The notes: generated by a model not told the origin, from the sequence alone. 64,000 bases of DNA from Poseidonia sp. (GCA_022426155.1 JAKMEE010000028.1:55442-119441); one strand, 5' to 3'. Positions 20,601 through 29,193 are shown, counted from the first letter of the stretch. Numbers and translations: made by a program.

Positions 20601-23600
20601 AGGAAGCCCAGCTGCTATTCGAGCAGTTTCCTCTGCCTATGGACTTCATCTTGATATCCAGGATGGTACCTTTGAATTAGACCATGCAGTGCTACGTGAC
20701 GTTGCTCAAGACGCTACTGAAAAGGGAGCTTTGATCATCGGTAACGGTGCTACATTCCGCATGATGGATTCAGCAACCGTATACGGTTCTTCAGCATCCT
20801 CTGATGACATGGCTACTGTCAAGATTGATGGTGGACAAGTCAGCATCGATGCATCCAGCATTATCAACATCGGTCAAACCGGAACAGCCCTTTGGGTTGA
20901 ATCCTCTGGAGGTAACATCAACGACATTATTGTGAAGAACGCTGCAGTTGGAATTCAATCTTACAACGGCGCACCTCAAGTTGATGGCTTCACCTCACAG
21001 GGTAACACCGTTGGTGTTGGAGCGTACGGTGGAATGTCACTACCTTCCATCTACCGAAGCACCATCTTGTCTGGAGCATCTGCTGGTTGGGAAACCTACC
21101 AAATTGATCTATCGACATACCTTGGTACTGGCGATTACCTCCAAGTTGGAGCTAACTCCATCTTCGGTGGCGGTAACGCTCACCCATCATACAACTATGC
21201 AACAAGCAAGTATTACTTCATCACAGACCGAATGAACATTGAGTTTACCGATACCAGTGGAAACAGTTGGAACATCACAGATGGAAACCAAAAAGGATAC
21301 TATCCTCACTCCTCTACTGACCCAGCCATCGGTTCCAACGATGTTGGAAACTATGAAGGCGGTACTGGTGGTGCACCATCGTGGCATTGTAACTTTTACA
21401 GTTATGACTACGGTCCAAATTACCAATACAATGATGGTTACTTCTACTACTTCTACTACTATTGGCTCGGACAGAGTGTCAGCTATCCTGACTACTACGA
21501 CAAGCCTGATGAGTTTGGATTTGACTGGGAAAACATCCCAGGCACTTCCCCAACTGGAAACTACGCATACTATCCGTACAAGTACTGGGGATACTACTCT
21601 CCAGCTAACTACTTCTCTGGTGTTTACTCACCACCTGAAGGAACCAATGGACAAGGTCCATGGCAAGGTGCTGGAAACGGTAACTACGCTAATGGATACC
21701 CGAACAACTACGGTATTTGCCTCGACTACGCTTACACATATTACATGAACAGCGGACAAGGTGCTCGTATGACGTTCCCAATCGTTGACATCAGCGGTGC
21801 TGAAGCCAACGGCGGAAACATTTCATCAGTTACACTTTGGATTGACGTCCTCCACCGTGGAGCAGACAACTATCAAGACCGCTACGACTTCGTGGCACGT
21901 GCTGGTAACGACCCATCGGCTCTTGGCGACTACGCCCGTGAATCAGGTACACCGCTCTTTGAGAACGGTGTCATCACTGGTGCAGAAACTGGAATCGAGA
22001 TCGGTGGCGCTTTCGCTGCAGGACACTTCGAAGACATCACAGTGACCAACCCGACAACTGCAGGTCTGCATGTTACCGGTCAAACTTCAGCCAGTGCCAC
22101 ACGTTTGAACGTGACTGGCGGTGACTACGGTGTCTTGGTTGGCAGCAGTGGTTCAGGAACCATGCATCTTAACCAAGTTGATTTGGATGACCAAATATTG
22201 GCTGGTGTAAGTTACCTCAAGGATATTGCTGGTGATTTCTCTGGATCTATCGAAGGTAGTGATGGGGCTGCGTTCCAATATGGAGCGAACACGAACAATG
22301 ATATCACCTTTGATTCAGTGACAATTGGAACCAACGAGATTGGTATCGAATCCGCCGGTGGTGGTGACTTCACCCTTACCGACGTGACGATGGCAAACAC
22401 AAAGGATTTCGTACTAACAGGTTCGAGCCAGGTGGAATTCATCGAGGGAGATCTCGATATTGACTCAGTTGAAGTAACTGGAACTGGTAAATTCACTCGG
22501 ATGCGTACCGTTGACGTCACTATCATGGCGAACGTTTCATCGGTAACGAGCAATGTTGTTGATACGAATGTTGTCCTCAAGGATGCAGATGGTGTGACGG
22601 CAGGAATGGCCTCAACCGATACAAACGGTGTTGCTTCTGACATTACATACCCAACACAAGAGGTCGACTCGGGCTCTTGTTCAACCGTGTGTAATCTATC
22701 TCTTGCAGGTTACGAAGTTGTGACAGTGGCAACCATTGGAAACTACTACTATACTTCGAGTAGTGACAACAATGCTGATTTCCGATATGCCTTTGCTGAT
22801 GTCACTCTTGACAACACCGCTGGAAACACAGCAGATGTTTACTTGGAAGATGAATTCACAGCTCGTGTTTGCTACGGATACACAAGTACGTTCTACCTTG
22901 TTCAAGAGACCTGTACAGGTATGGGAACTGGTGCAAGCCGAACATATTCCAGCGGATTGGTTGAATATGGATACTACAACTCACACAGTGGTTCCGATTT
23001 GACTGGCGAAACTGTGATGTTTGACTCTCCGTTCTATTATCTCGATGACGAAGATCACGACTGGAATGGTACAAACATCATCTCCACAGGTTCCTACACA
23101 TCATACGGATCGAACTATTTCTATCCGTATTACCGCGGTGAAGTGAACGTTTACTTCGACGACGGTTCAATCACCGCCGTTGGTGTGACAGATGCGGGCG
23201 ATGTACAAGGATTCCAGTTCGGTTACCGCTACTACAGCATGAACTTGATGTCGAACAACACTACCTACTCTGGTATTTCCTCGATCATCGGTGCAATAGG
23301 ATACGGATACTACCCTGATTACGAACTCAACTTCTGGGAAATCACCAACAGTACGATTTCTCACTACAAGGGTTACACTGAGCTCAACAATGCAATAAGT
23401 TACACTGATATTTGTATGGTCATGAATGGTGGAGATGGCAACATTGTCTCCGACAACACCTTCAACAATTGTGGTGTTGGTGTCATGTCCGAGCGTTCTC
23501 CGTACTATTACTCCCACAATTCGGATGAAATTGGAACGGATAACCTCACAATTAGTGGAAACCAGTTCAACGATGGTGGTGAAATTACGGACGTATGGTT

Positions 23601-26600
23601 CTACGGATCCAACGAAGCCCAAGTGGTTGATATTACATCCAACAGTTTCAATCCATCCGGCGGACATGCTATTGCAATGTACAGCGGAAACAGCGCTGAT
23701 GTGACCATCTCCGACAACACCGTTGTTGGCGGAGATGATGCAATCTATCTGATCAATGTTGACAACTTTACTGTTGACAGCAACAATATCGGTGGTATTG
23801 CAGACTCCAGTTCAACTGGTATTTACATCCAACGTGGAAGTGGAGATGTGACAGATAACGTCCTTACCGACGCTGATGGTGGAATTTACCTCGACAGGAT
23901 GGAAGCACCGCCTTCCCCAACCTCCTCGTTGTGTGCTATCGCTTCTAACGACTACCGAACATCAACATCGTGTACGTGGACACTTGCTTCAGGCAAGGCC
24001 GCTGACTTCAACCTCGGAACTGATAGTTGGGGATATGAAATCAGCATCACTGTCGACAAGCCAGACGGTTCAACTGACACTTGGCCCACCTACTCGTTCA
24101 ACAGTAACGCAGATTACAACCCATTGCGAACTTACACCGACGCAGGAAATTACACCTTGACGGTGACAGATTCCTGGGGTGACGGTGGAGCGACCATCAG
24201 TGTCCTGGAATCCAGTCCAGGCTCAAGTAGCTACAGTGGTCCAAGTGTTAGTGATAACATCATTGGATTGTCAAGTGGTCGTACCTCGCCAAACGCTGCA
24301 GGTATTACTGCCATTGATTGTCAATCTGTGAGCATCAACTCTGCTTCAAACACCGTGACATTGACCGACAATGCCATTGTGATCGAAGACTGTGACTTCT
24401 CCGATGTGGGTTCAACCCTCACTGGAGCAGACTCGGCATCGACCACAGGTATCCTTGGAGATGACACGAACACTGTTTTGACCTTGAACGGCACAACCAT
24501 CAGTGGTTACGCTACAGGTGTGCTCAAGGAAAACGGTAACCTCCACATGATTGGTGGTTCTGATATCGCAGGTTCCGATTACGGTGTCTATGCTGACTCA
24601 ACCAGTGTTTACGCAATCGACGCTTCAGTCGATGGTGGTACCGCTGGAACAGGTTTGGCTGTTGTAGACAGTCCTGATGTCTGGGTTTACCCAATGGATG
24701 CCAGTGGCGCCATCGGTATGTCCGTTGACGACTCTCCGTTCCGTTGGGACGGTGGTGTTGTTGACGCTACAACCGCAATTAGTGTGGTAGACTCAACAGG
24801 AAGTGTCGAGAACATGACTTGGTCCCTATCAACCACACAGATCAATGCAGGATACAACGCCCATGTAACATCCATCGGTAATACATTGGATGACCAAAGA
24901 ATCGTTGTAGACTCCACTGCAATCATCGATGAAGCCAACCTCCTTTCGGTGGAGACCACGCACCTCGGTGCATCTCCTACCTCACAAGTTGGACTCATGG
25001 TTTCATCCACTGATAGTGAGCGTGCCTCCTACGTCTCAACCTCTTTCCAACCCGAAACCATGAGTGTTGACGGTTCAGATGAGGATTGGGTCGGTGGAAA
25101 CGCCCTCAACCCATCTGGCTATGCTATGCCAGGTAACATGAGCGGCGACGGCACCGATGATTTCATGGTGACCTACATTGAAGGAGACAGTATGTACTTC
25201 GGAATGACTGACGCAGACCTTGCCACCTCTGACGTGATGATTTACATCAGCGTCGATGGTAGTGGTTCATCTGTTGGTTACAACGGATTGGGCGGTGCTC
25301 ACAACCTACCGTTCAACGCAAATTACGTCCTTTGGGCTGACAGCGAGAGTTCCTATGACCTCTACAGCTACGGTTTCCTCGGATGGGGCCCGTCCTCACT
25401 GAGCACAGCCAACGTCGATGTGGATTTCTCCACATCACTTGCTGAGATCTCGCTCCCATGGAGCCGAATCGGTGGTATGCCAGACCAAATCGACATTGTC
25501 GCAGTGGTTCAAGCAGAAACAACAGCTGATATCAACACAGTTCACCCAACTCAATCCATTGACAGCGGTGCAACTTTGCAGAATCTCAGCTCGTTCATGA
25601 CCATTGAGTTGACGCATGACGATTTGACCGCAGGAAGTTTGTCCGATGAAGTTCTAGTGTACCGCTCCTACAAGGGCAGCACAACTCCATCGGCCGCTAA
25701 GGACTACAACTTGATGGTGAAGACACAAGCAGACTGCGCCTACGACTGGGCAACAGTGGAAGACATTTCGATGTCCACCAACGTTGTCTTCTCGGACAGC
25801 TATGTAGCCGGAAGTGGAGACACAACTAACGCCCAGAGCACCATCGACATGAAGCGTGCTTGCCCTGTGATTAGCACAGTGGGCTCAGTCAGTGCAGACA
25901 CCGGTCTTACCGACTTTGCCAAGGATGAAGATTCAGGATCCTTCACATTCAGTCTCACCAACTTGGTGGACGATGTGCAAGACCTCGAAGCCGACCTTGA
26001 TTGGGTCATGACAGAGGGTACCCTCGTCGCTCATGACAACATCTTGATCGATTGGACCCAGGATGGCCATGATATTACCATCACGCCTCTTGACGACCAA
26101 TTCGGATACGTGACCTTCGCCTTTGTAGTGACAGACAGCAACGGATTGACAGACAGGCACAACATCACCTACACGGTGGACAACGTGAACGACAAACCAG
26201 TCATCTGTAACATCGAGCGCGTTGCAACAGATTGTATGCCAATCTTCTCCAGTGACGACACCTACAACAACATCTTGCCTGAAGGATTCGGCGTTCACAC
26301 CAAGTTCCTTGGTGATGTGTCAAATGCTACCCGCTCCTACATCCGTGACATGGCTAACGAGCAAGCACCTGCTCGCCAAGTTTACACTTGGAGTGCTAGT
26401 GTTCCTTCGACTTGTGAAGCGTTCAGTGTTGGTGTTAACAACAACGAGTTGACAATCACCGAGAACACGGACAACGAAAAGGGTGGCACATGTGCCGTGA
26501 CCCTCGGCTTGTCTGATGATGGCGCTGAGAACACTGCTGCAGACACAATGGATGTACTGTTCTCCGTTTCCCCAGTCAACGATGCACCTGTTATCAAGAC

Positions 26601-28350
26601 CTGGGACCGTCAGAACAACACCGTGATTGAAGCCAACAACGGCTCCATCCCGCAAGTTCCATGGGCTATCACCTTGATTGAAGACGATACCAACGCAGCT
26701 AACCTCACCTACAACCTATCGGCTGTCAAGACAGACGTTGACCATGAAATGGACGACCTAGTCTGGACTGTTGAAGCAGTGGACCAATGTGTCTACACCA
26801 ACTACTTCTCCACATCTATTGTGGGTGACGAATTGGTGTTTGACCTCATTCCAGATGCAACAACCAACGCCAAGGATTGGGAGATCGACTACCTCAACGA
26901 CAACGGAATCCACCAAATCGGTCCATCCGGTTCAGAGTTCTGTCAGATCCGCTTGGTTCTCCGTGATACAGCAGCAGCCCCATCGTACATACCAAACTAC
27001 GACCAAGGCCTCATGCCAATCGCTGACTACCAACAAGGTGTGGCAACCAAGGAACTCGGTGTCCGTGTTACTAACGTGCCTGAACTTGTACCAGACTACG
27101 CCTTCAATGACTTGACTGGCTTCAGCTTCAGCGGTATCCAGAACGTCATGACAGGAACCTACGTCCCAGTCACCGTCACTATTGACGGTGGTGGCGATGA
27201 AGGTCCTTACACCTACGACCACATGTTGGCGATCACATACCATACTGACGGACACGACGATGTCGAATTGACTCGCTACTATGCTGTGCCTGCTTACCAA
27301 GACTCTGTGGATTACACAGAAGACGTGTATGTTACCAAGGACACATCGCATGTGTGGGTTGAGATGGATGTTCTCACCTGTTTGAACAACCCCTGTGACA
27401 TGACCGCTACTACGGCAGACCGCTTCCAAGCAGACGACCCTACCTCGCACCGTGCCACCATCAATGGAGTTCAATCCACTGATGACTGGTCCAAGCCAGG
27501 ACAATACGGTTCCAACGCTACGAAGACCTCCGAGCGACGTCCACTGCTTGAAGATAGCAACTGGTGTAACAACGTGATGACCTCGATGCCTACCGCAGAT
27601 GTCTGCTACCACGCTAACCAACCTGCTGGCAACTTCTTGGCAACGAACCAATCCTTGCCAAACGTTGTGCAGACCATCGGTGCCAGCTCCGTGCCTTCCT
27701 TTGCCCCAAGCATCATCGCTGTGGCAATGACTGGATTGTTCGTGAGTGCCCTCACCTTCAGCAGCCGCCGTGCTGATGACGAAGAGGAATTGGAAACCAT
27801 GGCTGACGACGATGCTGCAGTGAGCCCTGTGATCGCTACCATCCTTATGGTTGCTATCACAGTGGTCTTGTCTGGTGTGATCTATGTCTGGGCCTCCAGC
27901 CTCGCAGAAACCGACGTTAAGGGCGTGCCTCGTGTCACCTTCGATATTGAAGATGTCAACGGGTACGACGCTGACGAAGGCCACTGGCGAATCACCATCC
28001 AACAATCAGAAACGCCGCTTGCTACGCAAGCCGTTGAGGTCAAGGTGTTCTATACGAACGCTACTGGCCAGTTGAATGTGTTCCAGGTGAACTTGGCTGA
28101 CAGCGCAGGTGTTTACGGCTTTAACCCAGCCAACAGCGATGCATTCGTGACATTCGTTGACTCTGTTACCATGGACGGTGCTACGTCGATCTCGACGTTC
28201 AACTCCGGTGACACGCTCTTCGTGCGTACACACGCTCCTGATGGCACACCTCTTGAAGACGCTTCAATCGTCCTGAGCTACGCTCCGGTGAACAGCGATG
28301 GTGCAACACTACGCACCTGGGACGACCTAAGCTACGACAAGAAGGCTTGA
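14626..28350 (+). CDS. Giant surface protein/adhesin (4574 aa) with C-terminal sortase-like anchor and fused archaeal type IV pilin domain
   Basis: Signal peptide; WapA-like N-terminal region; NIDO-like motifs; several parallel beta-helix regions; DOMON/CBM9-like segment (~25060..25500); cadherin-like repeats (VNDKP, VNDAP); VPSF-TM-RR; then AVSPVIATILMVAITVVLSGVIYVW pilin helix. Uninterrupted frame with strong codon bias. Confidence 0.9.
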   Translation: MLGTKKNQKKTVFGGIGIALLLCALMALMPMSGFVNNNAEESNFVEAETTSVDEDFFKLPDNLQASEYEYDPSLELQGMRDANVKTFINDEGDMVQLTASEPLHYMTNDGAWANIDLNIEATPNGYQVVENTFASYFAPEVSGGIIVQPNQWVDPMVSGINPTIVTLDEAAVAPRPYDAGPSSKGVEIGGNVIRYPIAEGFDLDYTVMQNEVKQNLIIRERPVLDETAEWFGLTEALRMPVGYALYSGETMLGEEIFQTQESLYVRNIETGEMLVEIPTPVIVEEGQEAPYVGTFFVQVNGPDIILTTAVDTDWLLSDDRVFPLGLDPTIKVNSANGGYCYIYYGYCYNNANYRYAYRYYGSLYYYPWAKMTFSSSSQLPTGATVSKIEYKHYMQYWYSYSSSNSNAKAKILESCGTDARYNYGITSASCSGAISANLLSGSNSNLNERKLISSIGNSPNGPSMARGTGWKTATLCNSATACSGSTNGVNYITSAQSNAGTIGTSMVLTVNTYTYTYHRGSGTSNNYIAITYTGGVDADAPTPDFVPYTGIDSYVEGERTFFITLQDNSGIDTTSSNGPKLVYSTDGGSTWASTTYGLGTNNALDAGEVISIGTCSSTTTECKFKARTPKVEYGDDFRYYWKFEDLNTGSSGHNVGYMPALTGTQTTPTAYQFDVIDPVNAPTSSKKMTVLSTDVHAGSYYNPSGYLDRQMTYYSANDEYFFEFDTSGCGTGSSACWYTSTSTFYGNWIARWSNAPGTGSYGMNSGTNSGNQMLWTQTDGYLQIAAKDGPGMNLAFLYDSTSNKWAVVGIGTSTDIGTPLTGGATASTSTGYGYTNAYKFAIPGDITGDFGKFSFNSTGSSSVADRMCVTTNGWYYFYRATSTDRCTSAYYMIYGAASSYRWSGFALGSGYYGRQASTGSITYKVGNVAPTPDTFKPMFTHSAMADSHAKTRTVSVDILDAGDPASGLNVNTSAGVGPTLYHRVTPDGGSAGSWVSTLMTQSGTSRAACTLAECTWSADIEDLEVNDSVEYYFTARDVSNVSAGINSNTSSTNTFERGDPTKVFVVEWVDRAYYTYGTYCTVQALFYDVTNEIEYKYDSNCRTTYNSWSIGYMDQTRQKGASIAHSASTSFNSNPGHTPVTSNFRISTSSTAHAYEAFDQGLVELSNANTALSGNSNGRPYTYYCWYYYSSYKNDCNANIDLPSGFEFDYFGTTYDGDDSNDRVQIGRQGYMYFIDNNNQNVERGVWTWHNPELPYSGTSIARAGLIAPFWSNYNNYYCFSTSSVDCSTYYRIMPYEGKGTDVTADITADPNWDLTDSPIRINPSNDYLVVSSDLTIQPGVEIEIAAGKGISFDGACTKFTANGNATHPITFTGMNGAEWLGMAFTDDCTSAGGTDDRHQFTHVSFNNTSDAVFQSGSRHDGTGPSCGSSTADCNTGNYTMSEVSFTDVGGIFSHGSGQGTVLSMSDFTVSGVSGACFDFAENTVATLMEGTVENCNTDGGAGDGAIISVTGSTAGMLHVENTTFSNSYKNFISTDLAGMFLSNVSVTNTGAQAGHAVTHNPSVGSGSTTYMYNVDADSYATANLFAMDSMNLEDVDFGTATMALTPGGTSQTGNGPSGTSATLDTITAGDVTMQRMHPSVFTDLTAGDVSMTGNTITSDVLAMDNFDVGAMVVTGCGWSMKMVNPSMDRIKSSASCTTSKNTLVIDGGSITHTSTTEHAIDGRNSRITVGEVSVTSSTIGSGAELAKARTGTDIVLIAVDLNGDDCSDENGDTGNCDYDVSSSTSNPSMIYFGGLASIRVYRLASGTQVWKSGHMVTATLLDANQNEMFQVGAHRTNASGNTSVWVVVGDSDTTSYEDHIVRAFGSAGQNETYPEDYSDVTLASDWYPTTGFNWGTHLDLLLEPAPVTFSDPATDCSSMIANTSLAGNYDAPSNTFTFDDTSITIAADFMIDGCNFELQGGVLKVLSTATSSPVITIKDGGSLTANDDGTSGSPAAIRAVSSAYGLHLDIQDGTFELDHAVLRDVAQDATEKGALIIGNGATFRMMDSATVYGSSASSDDMATVKIDGGQVSIDASSIINIGQTGTALWVESSGGNINDIIVKNAAVGIQSYNGAPQVDGFTSQGNTVGVGAYGGMSLPSIYRSTILSGASAGWETYQIDLSTYLGTGDYLQVGANSIFGGGNAHPSYNYATSKYYFITDRMNIEFTDTSGNSWNITDGNQKGYYPHSSTDPAIGSNDVGNYEGGTGGAPSWHCNFYSYDYGPNYQYNDGYFYYFYYYWLGQSVSYPDYYDKPDEFGFDWENIPGTSPTGNYAYYPYKYWGYYSPANYFSGVYSPPEGTNGQGPWQGAGNGNYANGYPNNYGICLDYAYTYYMNSGQGARMTFPIVDISGAEANGGNISSVTLWIDVLHRGADNYQDRYDFVARAGNDPSALGDYARESGTPLFENGVITGAETGIEIGGAFAAGHFEDITVTNPTTAGLHVTGQTSASATRLNVTGGDYGVLVGSSGSGTMHLNQVDLDDQILAGVSYLKDIAGDFSGSIEGSDGAAFQYGANTNNDITFDSVTIGTNEIGIESAGGGDFTLTDVTMANTKDFVLTGSSQVEFIEGDLDIDSVEVTGTGKFTRMRTVDVTIMANVSSVTSNVVDTNVVLKDADGVTAGMASTDTNGVASDITYPTQEVDSGSCSTVCNLSLAGYEVVTVATIGNYYYTSSSDNNADFRYAFADVTLDNTAGNTADVYLEDEFTARVCYGYTSTFYLVQETCTGMGTGASRTYSSGLVEYGYYNSHSGSDLTGETVMFDSPFYYLDDEDHDWNGTNIISTGSYTSYGSNYFYPYYRGEVNVYFDDGSITAVGVTDAGDVQGFQFGYRYYSMNLMSNNTTYSGISSIIGAIGYGYYPDYELNFWEITNSTISHYKGYTELNNAISYTDICMVMNGGDGNIVSDNTFNNCGVGVMSERSPYYYSHNSDEIGTDNLTISGNQFNDGGEITDVWFYGSNEAQVVDITSNSFNPSGGHAIAMYSGNSADVTISDNTVVGGDDAIYLINVDNFTVDSNNIGGIADSSSTGIYIQRGSGDVTDNVLTDADGGIYLDRMEAPPSPTSSLCAIASNDYRTSTSCTWTLASGKAADFNLGTDSWGYEISITVDKPDGSTDTWPTYSFNSNADYNPLRTYTDAGNYTLTVTDSWGDGGATISVLESSPGSSSYSGPSVSDNIIGLSSGRTSPNAAGITAIDCQSVSINSASNTVTLTDNAIVIEDCDFSDVGSTLTGADSASTTGILGDDTNTVLTLNGTTISGYATGVLKENGNLHMIGGSDIAGSDYGVYADSTSVYAIDASVDGGTAGTGLAVVDSPDVWVYPMDASGAIGMSVDDSPFRWDGGVVDATTAISVVDSTGSVENMTWSLSTTQINAGYNAHVTSIGNTLDDQRIVVDSTAIIDEANLLSVETTHLGASPTSQVGLMVSSTDSERASYVSTSFQPETMSVDGSDEDWVGGNALNPSGYAMPGNMSGDGTDDFMVTYIEGDSMYFGMTDADLATSDVMIYISVDGSGSSVGYNGLGGAHNLPFNANYVLWADSESSYDLYSYGFLGWGPSSLSTANVDVDFSTSLAEISLPWSRIGGMPDQIDIVAVVQAETTADINTVHPTQSIDSGATLQNLSSFMTIELTHDDLTAGSLSDEVLVYRSYKGSTTPSAAKDYNLMVKTQADCAYDWATVEDISMSTNVVFSDSYVAGSGDTTNAQSTIDMKRACPVISTVGSVSADTGLTDFAKDEDSGSFTFSLTNLVDDVQDLEADLDWVMTEGTLVAHDNILIDWTQDGHDITITPLDDQFGYVTFAFVVTDSNGLTDRHNITYTVDNVNDKPVICNIERVATDCMPIFSSDDTYNNILPEGFGVHTKFLGDVSNATRSYIRDMANEQAPARQVYTWSASVPSTCEAFSVGVNNNELTITENTDNEKGGTCAVTLGLSDDGAENTAADTMDVLFSVSPVNDAPVIKTWDRQNNTVIEANNGSIPQVPWAITLIEDDTNAANLTYNLSAVKTDVDHEMDDLVWTVEAVDQCVYTNYFSTSIVGDELVFDLIPDATTNAKDWEIDYLNDNGIHQIGPSGSEFCQIRLVLRDTAAAPSYIPNYDQGLMPIADYQQGVATKELGVRVTNVPELVPDYAFNDLTGFSFSGIQNVMTGTYVPVTVTIDGGGDEGPYTYDHMLAITYHTDGHDDVELTRYYAVPAYQDSVDYTEDVYVTKDTSHVWVEMDVLTCLNNPCDMTATTADRFQADDPTSHRATINGVQSTDDWSKPGQYGSNATKTSERRPLLEDSNWCNNVMTSMPTADVCYHANQPAGNFLATNQSLPNVVQTIGASSVPSFAPSIIAVAMTGLFVSALTFSSRRADDEEELETMADDDAAVSPVIATILMVAITVVLSGVIYVWASSLAETDVKGVPRVTFDIEDVNGYDADEGHWRITIQQSETPLATQAVEVKVFYTNATGQLNVFQVNLADSAGVYGFNPANSDAFVTFVDSVTMDGATSISTFNSGDTLFVRTHAPDGTPLEDASIVLSYAPVNSDGATLRTWDDLSYDKKA

Positions 28351-28384
28351 AGCCCGACGTTGACATAAACTGCCTCCGCAGGAG

Positions 28385-28440
28385 AACACGGCCTCGTGTC
28401 GTGTTTGAACTGGGGAGCCCTTCGGGGCTCCCCTTCCTCT
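28385..28440 (+). terminator. Tandem hairpins followed by a pyrimidine tract
   Basis: AACACG...CGTGTT (28385..28405), then perfect 9-bp GGGGAGCCC-TTCG-GGGCTCCCC (28412..28433) followed by TTCCTCT. Confidence 0.65.
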
Positions 28441-28494
28441 GGAGATTCACAGTAATGAGCGAAGCCTTTCAAGGAAGGGCATCCACGCAGGTAC

Positions 28495-29193
28495 ATGGAC
28501 AACGTTGTTGATCGGACCCTACCCCAAGTGGTAGTGTTTGATTGCGATGGTGTGCTGGTCGATGCTGTGAGCTCATGGAAGACACTCCATGATGCCTATG
28601 GCACCGACAACTCAGTGAATCTGAATCGCTTCATAAGGGGCGAAATCAGTGACATGGAGTTCATGCGGTCGGACATTGCCATGTGGAAAGAGGTGAGCAA
28701 CCCAATCCACCGAGATGAGGTCTTTCGGGCCTATTCAGGTGCGAAGCTCATGAAGGGGGCGAGGGAACTCGTCAACGCTCTGAAAGAAGCAGGCGTGTTT
28801 GTTGCCATAGTTAGCGCAGGAGTTGACGTCTTTGTCAGTTCCATCGCCTCTCTGCTCAAGGTGGATGATTGGATTGCGAACGGTTTTGTTTTCGACGATG
28901 ATGGATACCTGACCGATGAAGGTGTATGCAGATTGCATGCCACAGGTAAAGGACAGATCATTGAGAATCTTCTCGCCATGCACGGTTTTGACGCCAGTGG
29001 TTGTGTATCTGTCGGAGATTCAGAAATGGATTTGTCGATGCAAGTAGAGGGCAGTCGCTTCATTGGATTCAATCCAAGCCGAGAAAGTTCCTGGGAAGCT
29101 TTTACCGCCGCAGAAGTTCCGATTATCGTTGAGAAAGATCTCTTTCTGCTCTACCCCTACCTGGGATTGAATCCATCAGGCGAAGGGAATTGA
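28495..29193 (+). CDS. HAD-IB hydrolase, phosphoserine phosphatase-like
   Basis: VVFDCDGVLVD (DxD), IVSAG, conserved Lys in GKG, VGDSEMD. Confidence 0.88.
   Translation: MDNVVDRTLPQVVVFDCDGVLVDAVSSWKTLHDAYGTDNSVNLNRFIRGEISDMEFMRSDIAMWKEVSNPIHRDEVFRAYSGAKLMKGARELVNALKEAGVFVAIVSAGVDVFVSSIASLLKVDDWIANGFVFDDDGYLTDEGVCRLHATGKGQIIENLLAMHGFDASGCVSVGDSEMDLSMQVEGSRFIGFNPSRESSWEAFTAAEVPIIVEKDLFLLYPYLGLNPSGEGN

Noticed and set aside
26932-28005. 357-aa minus-strand ORF and many other antisense ORFs within the giant genes
   Set aside because: They are shadows of the strongly codon-biased sense frame, have no recognisable motifs and are fully nested in well-supported CDS.
14626-28350. RHS/polymorphic toxin
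   Set aside because: Despite the WapA-like N-terminus, there are no YD repeats, no PxxxxDPxG core end and no adjacent immunity gene.
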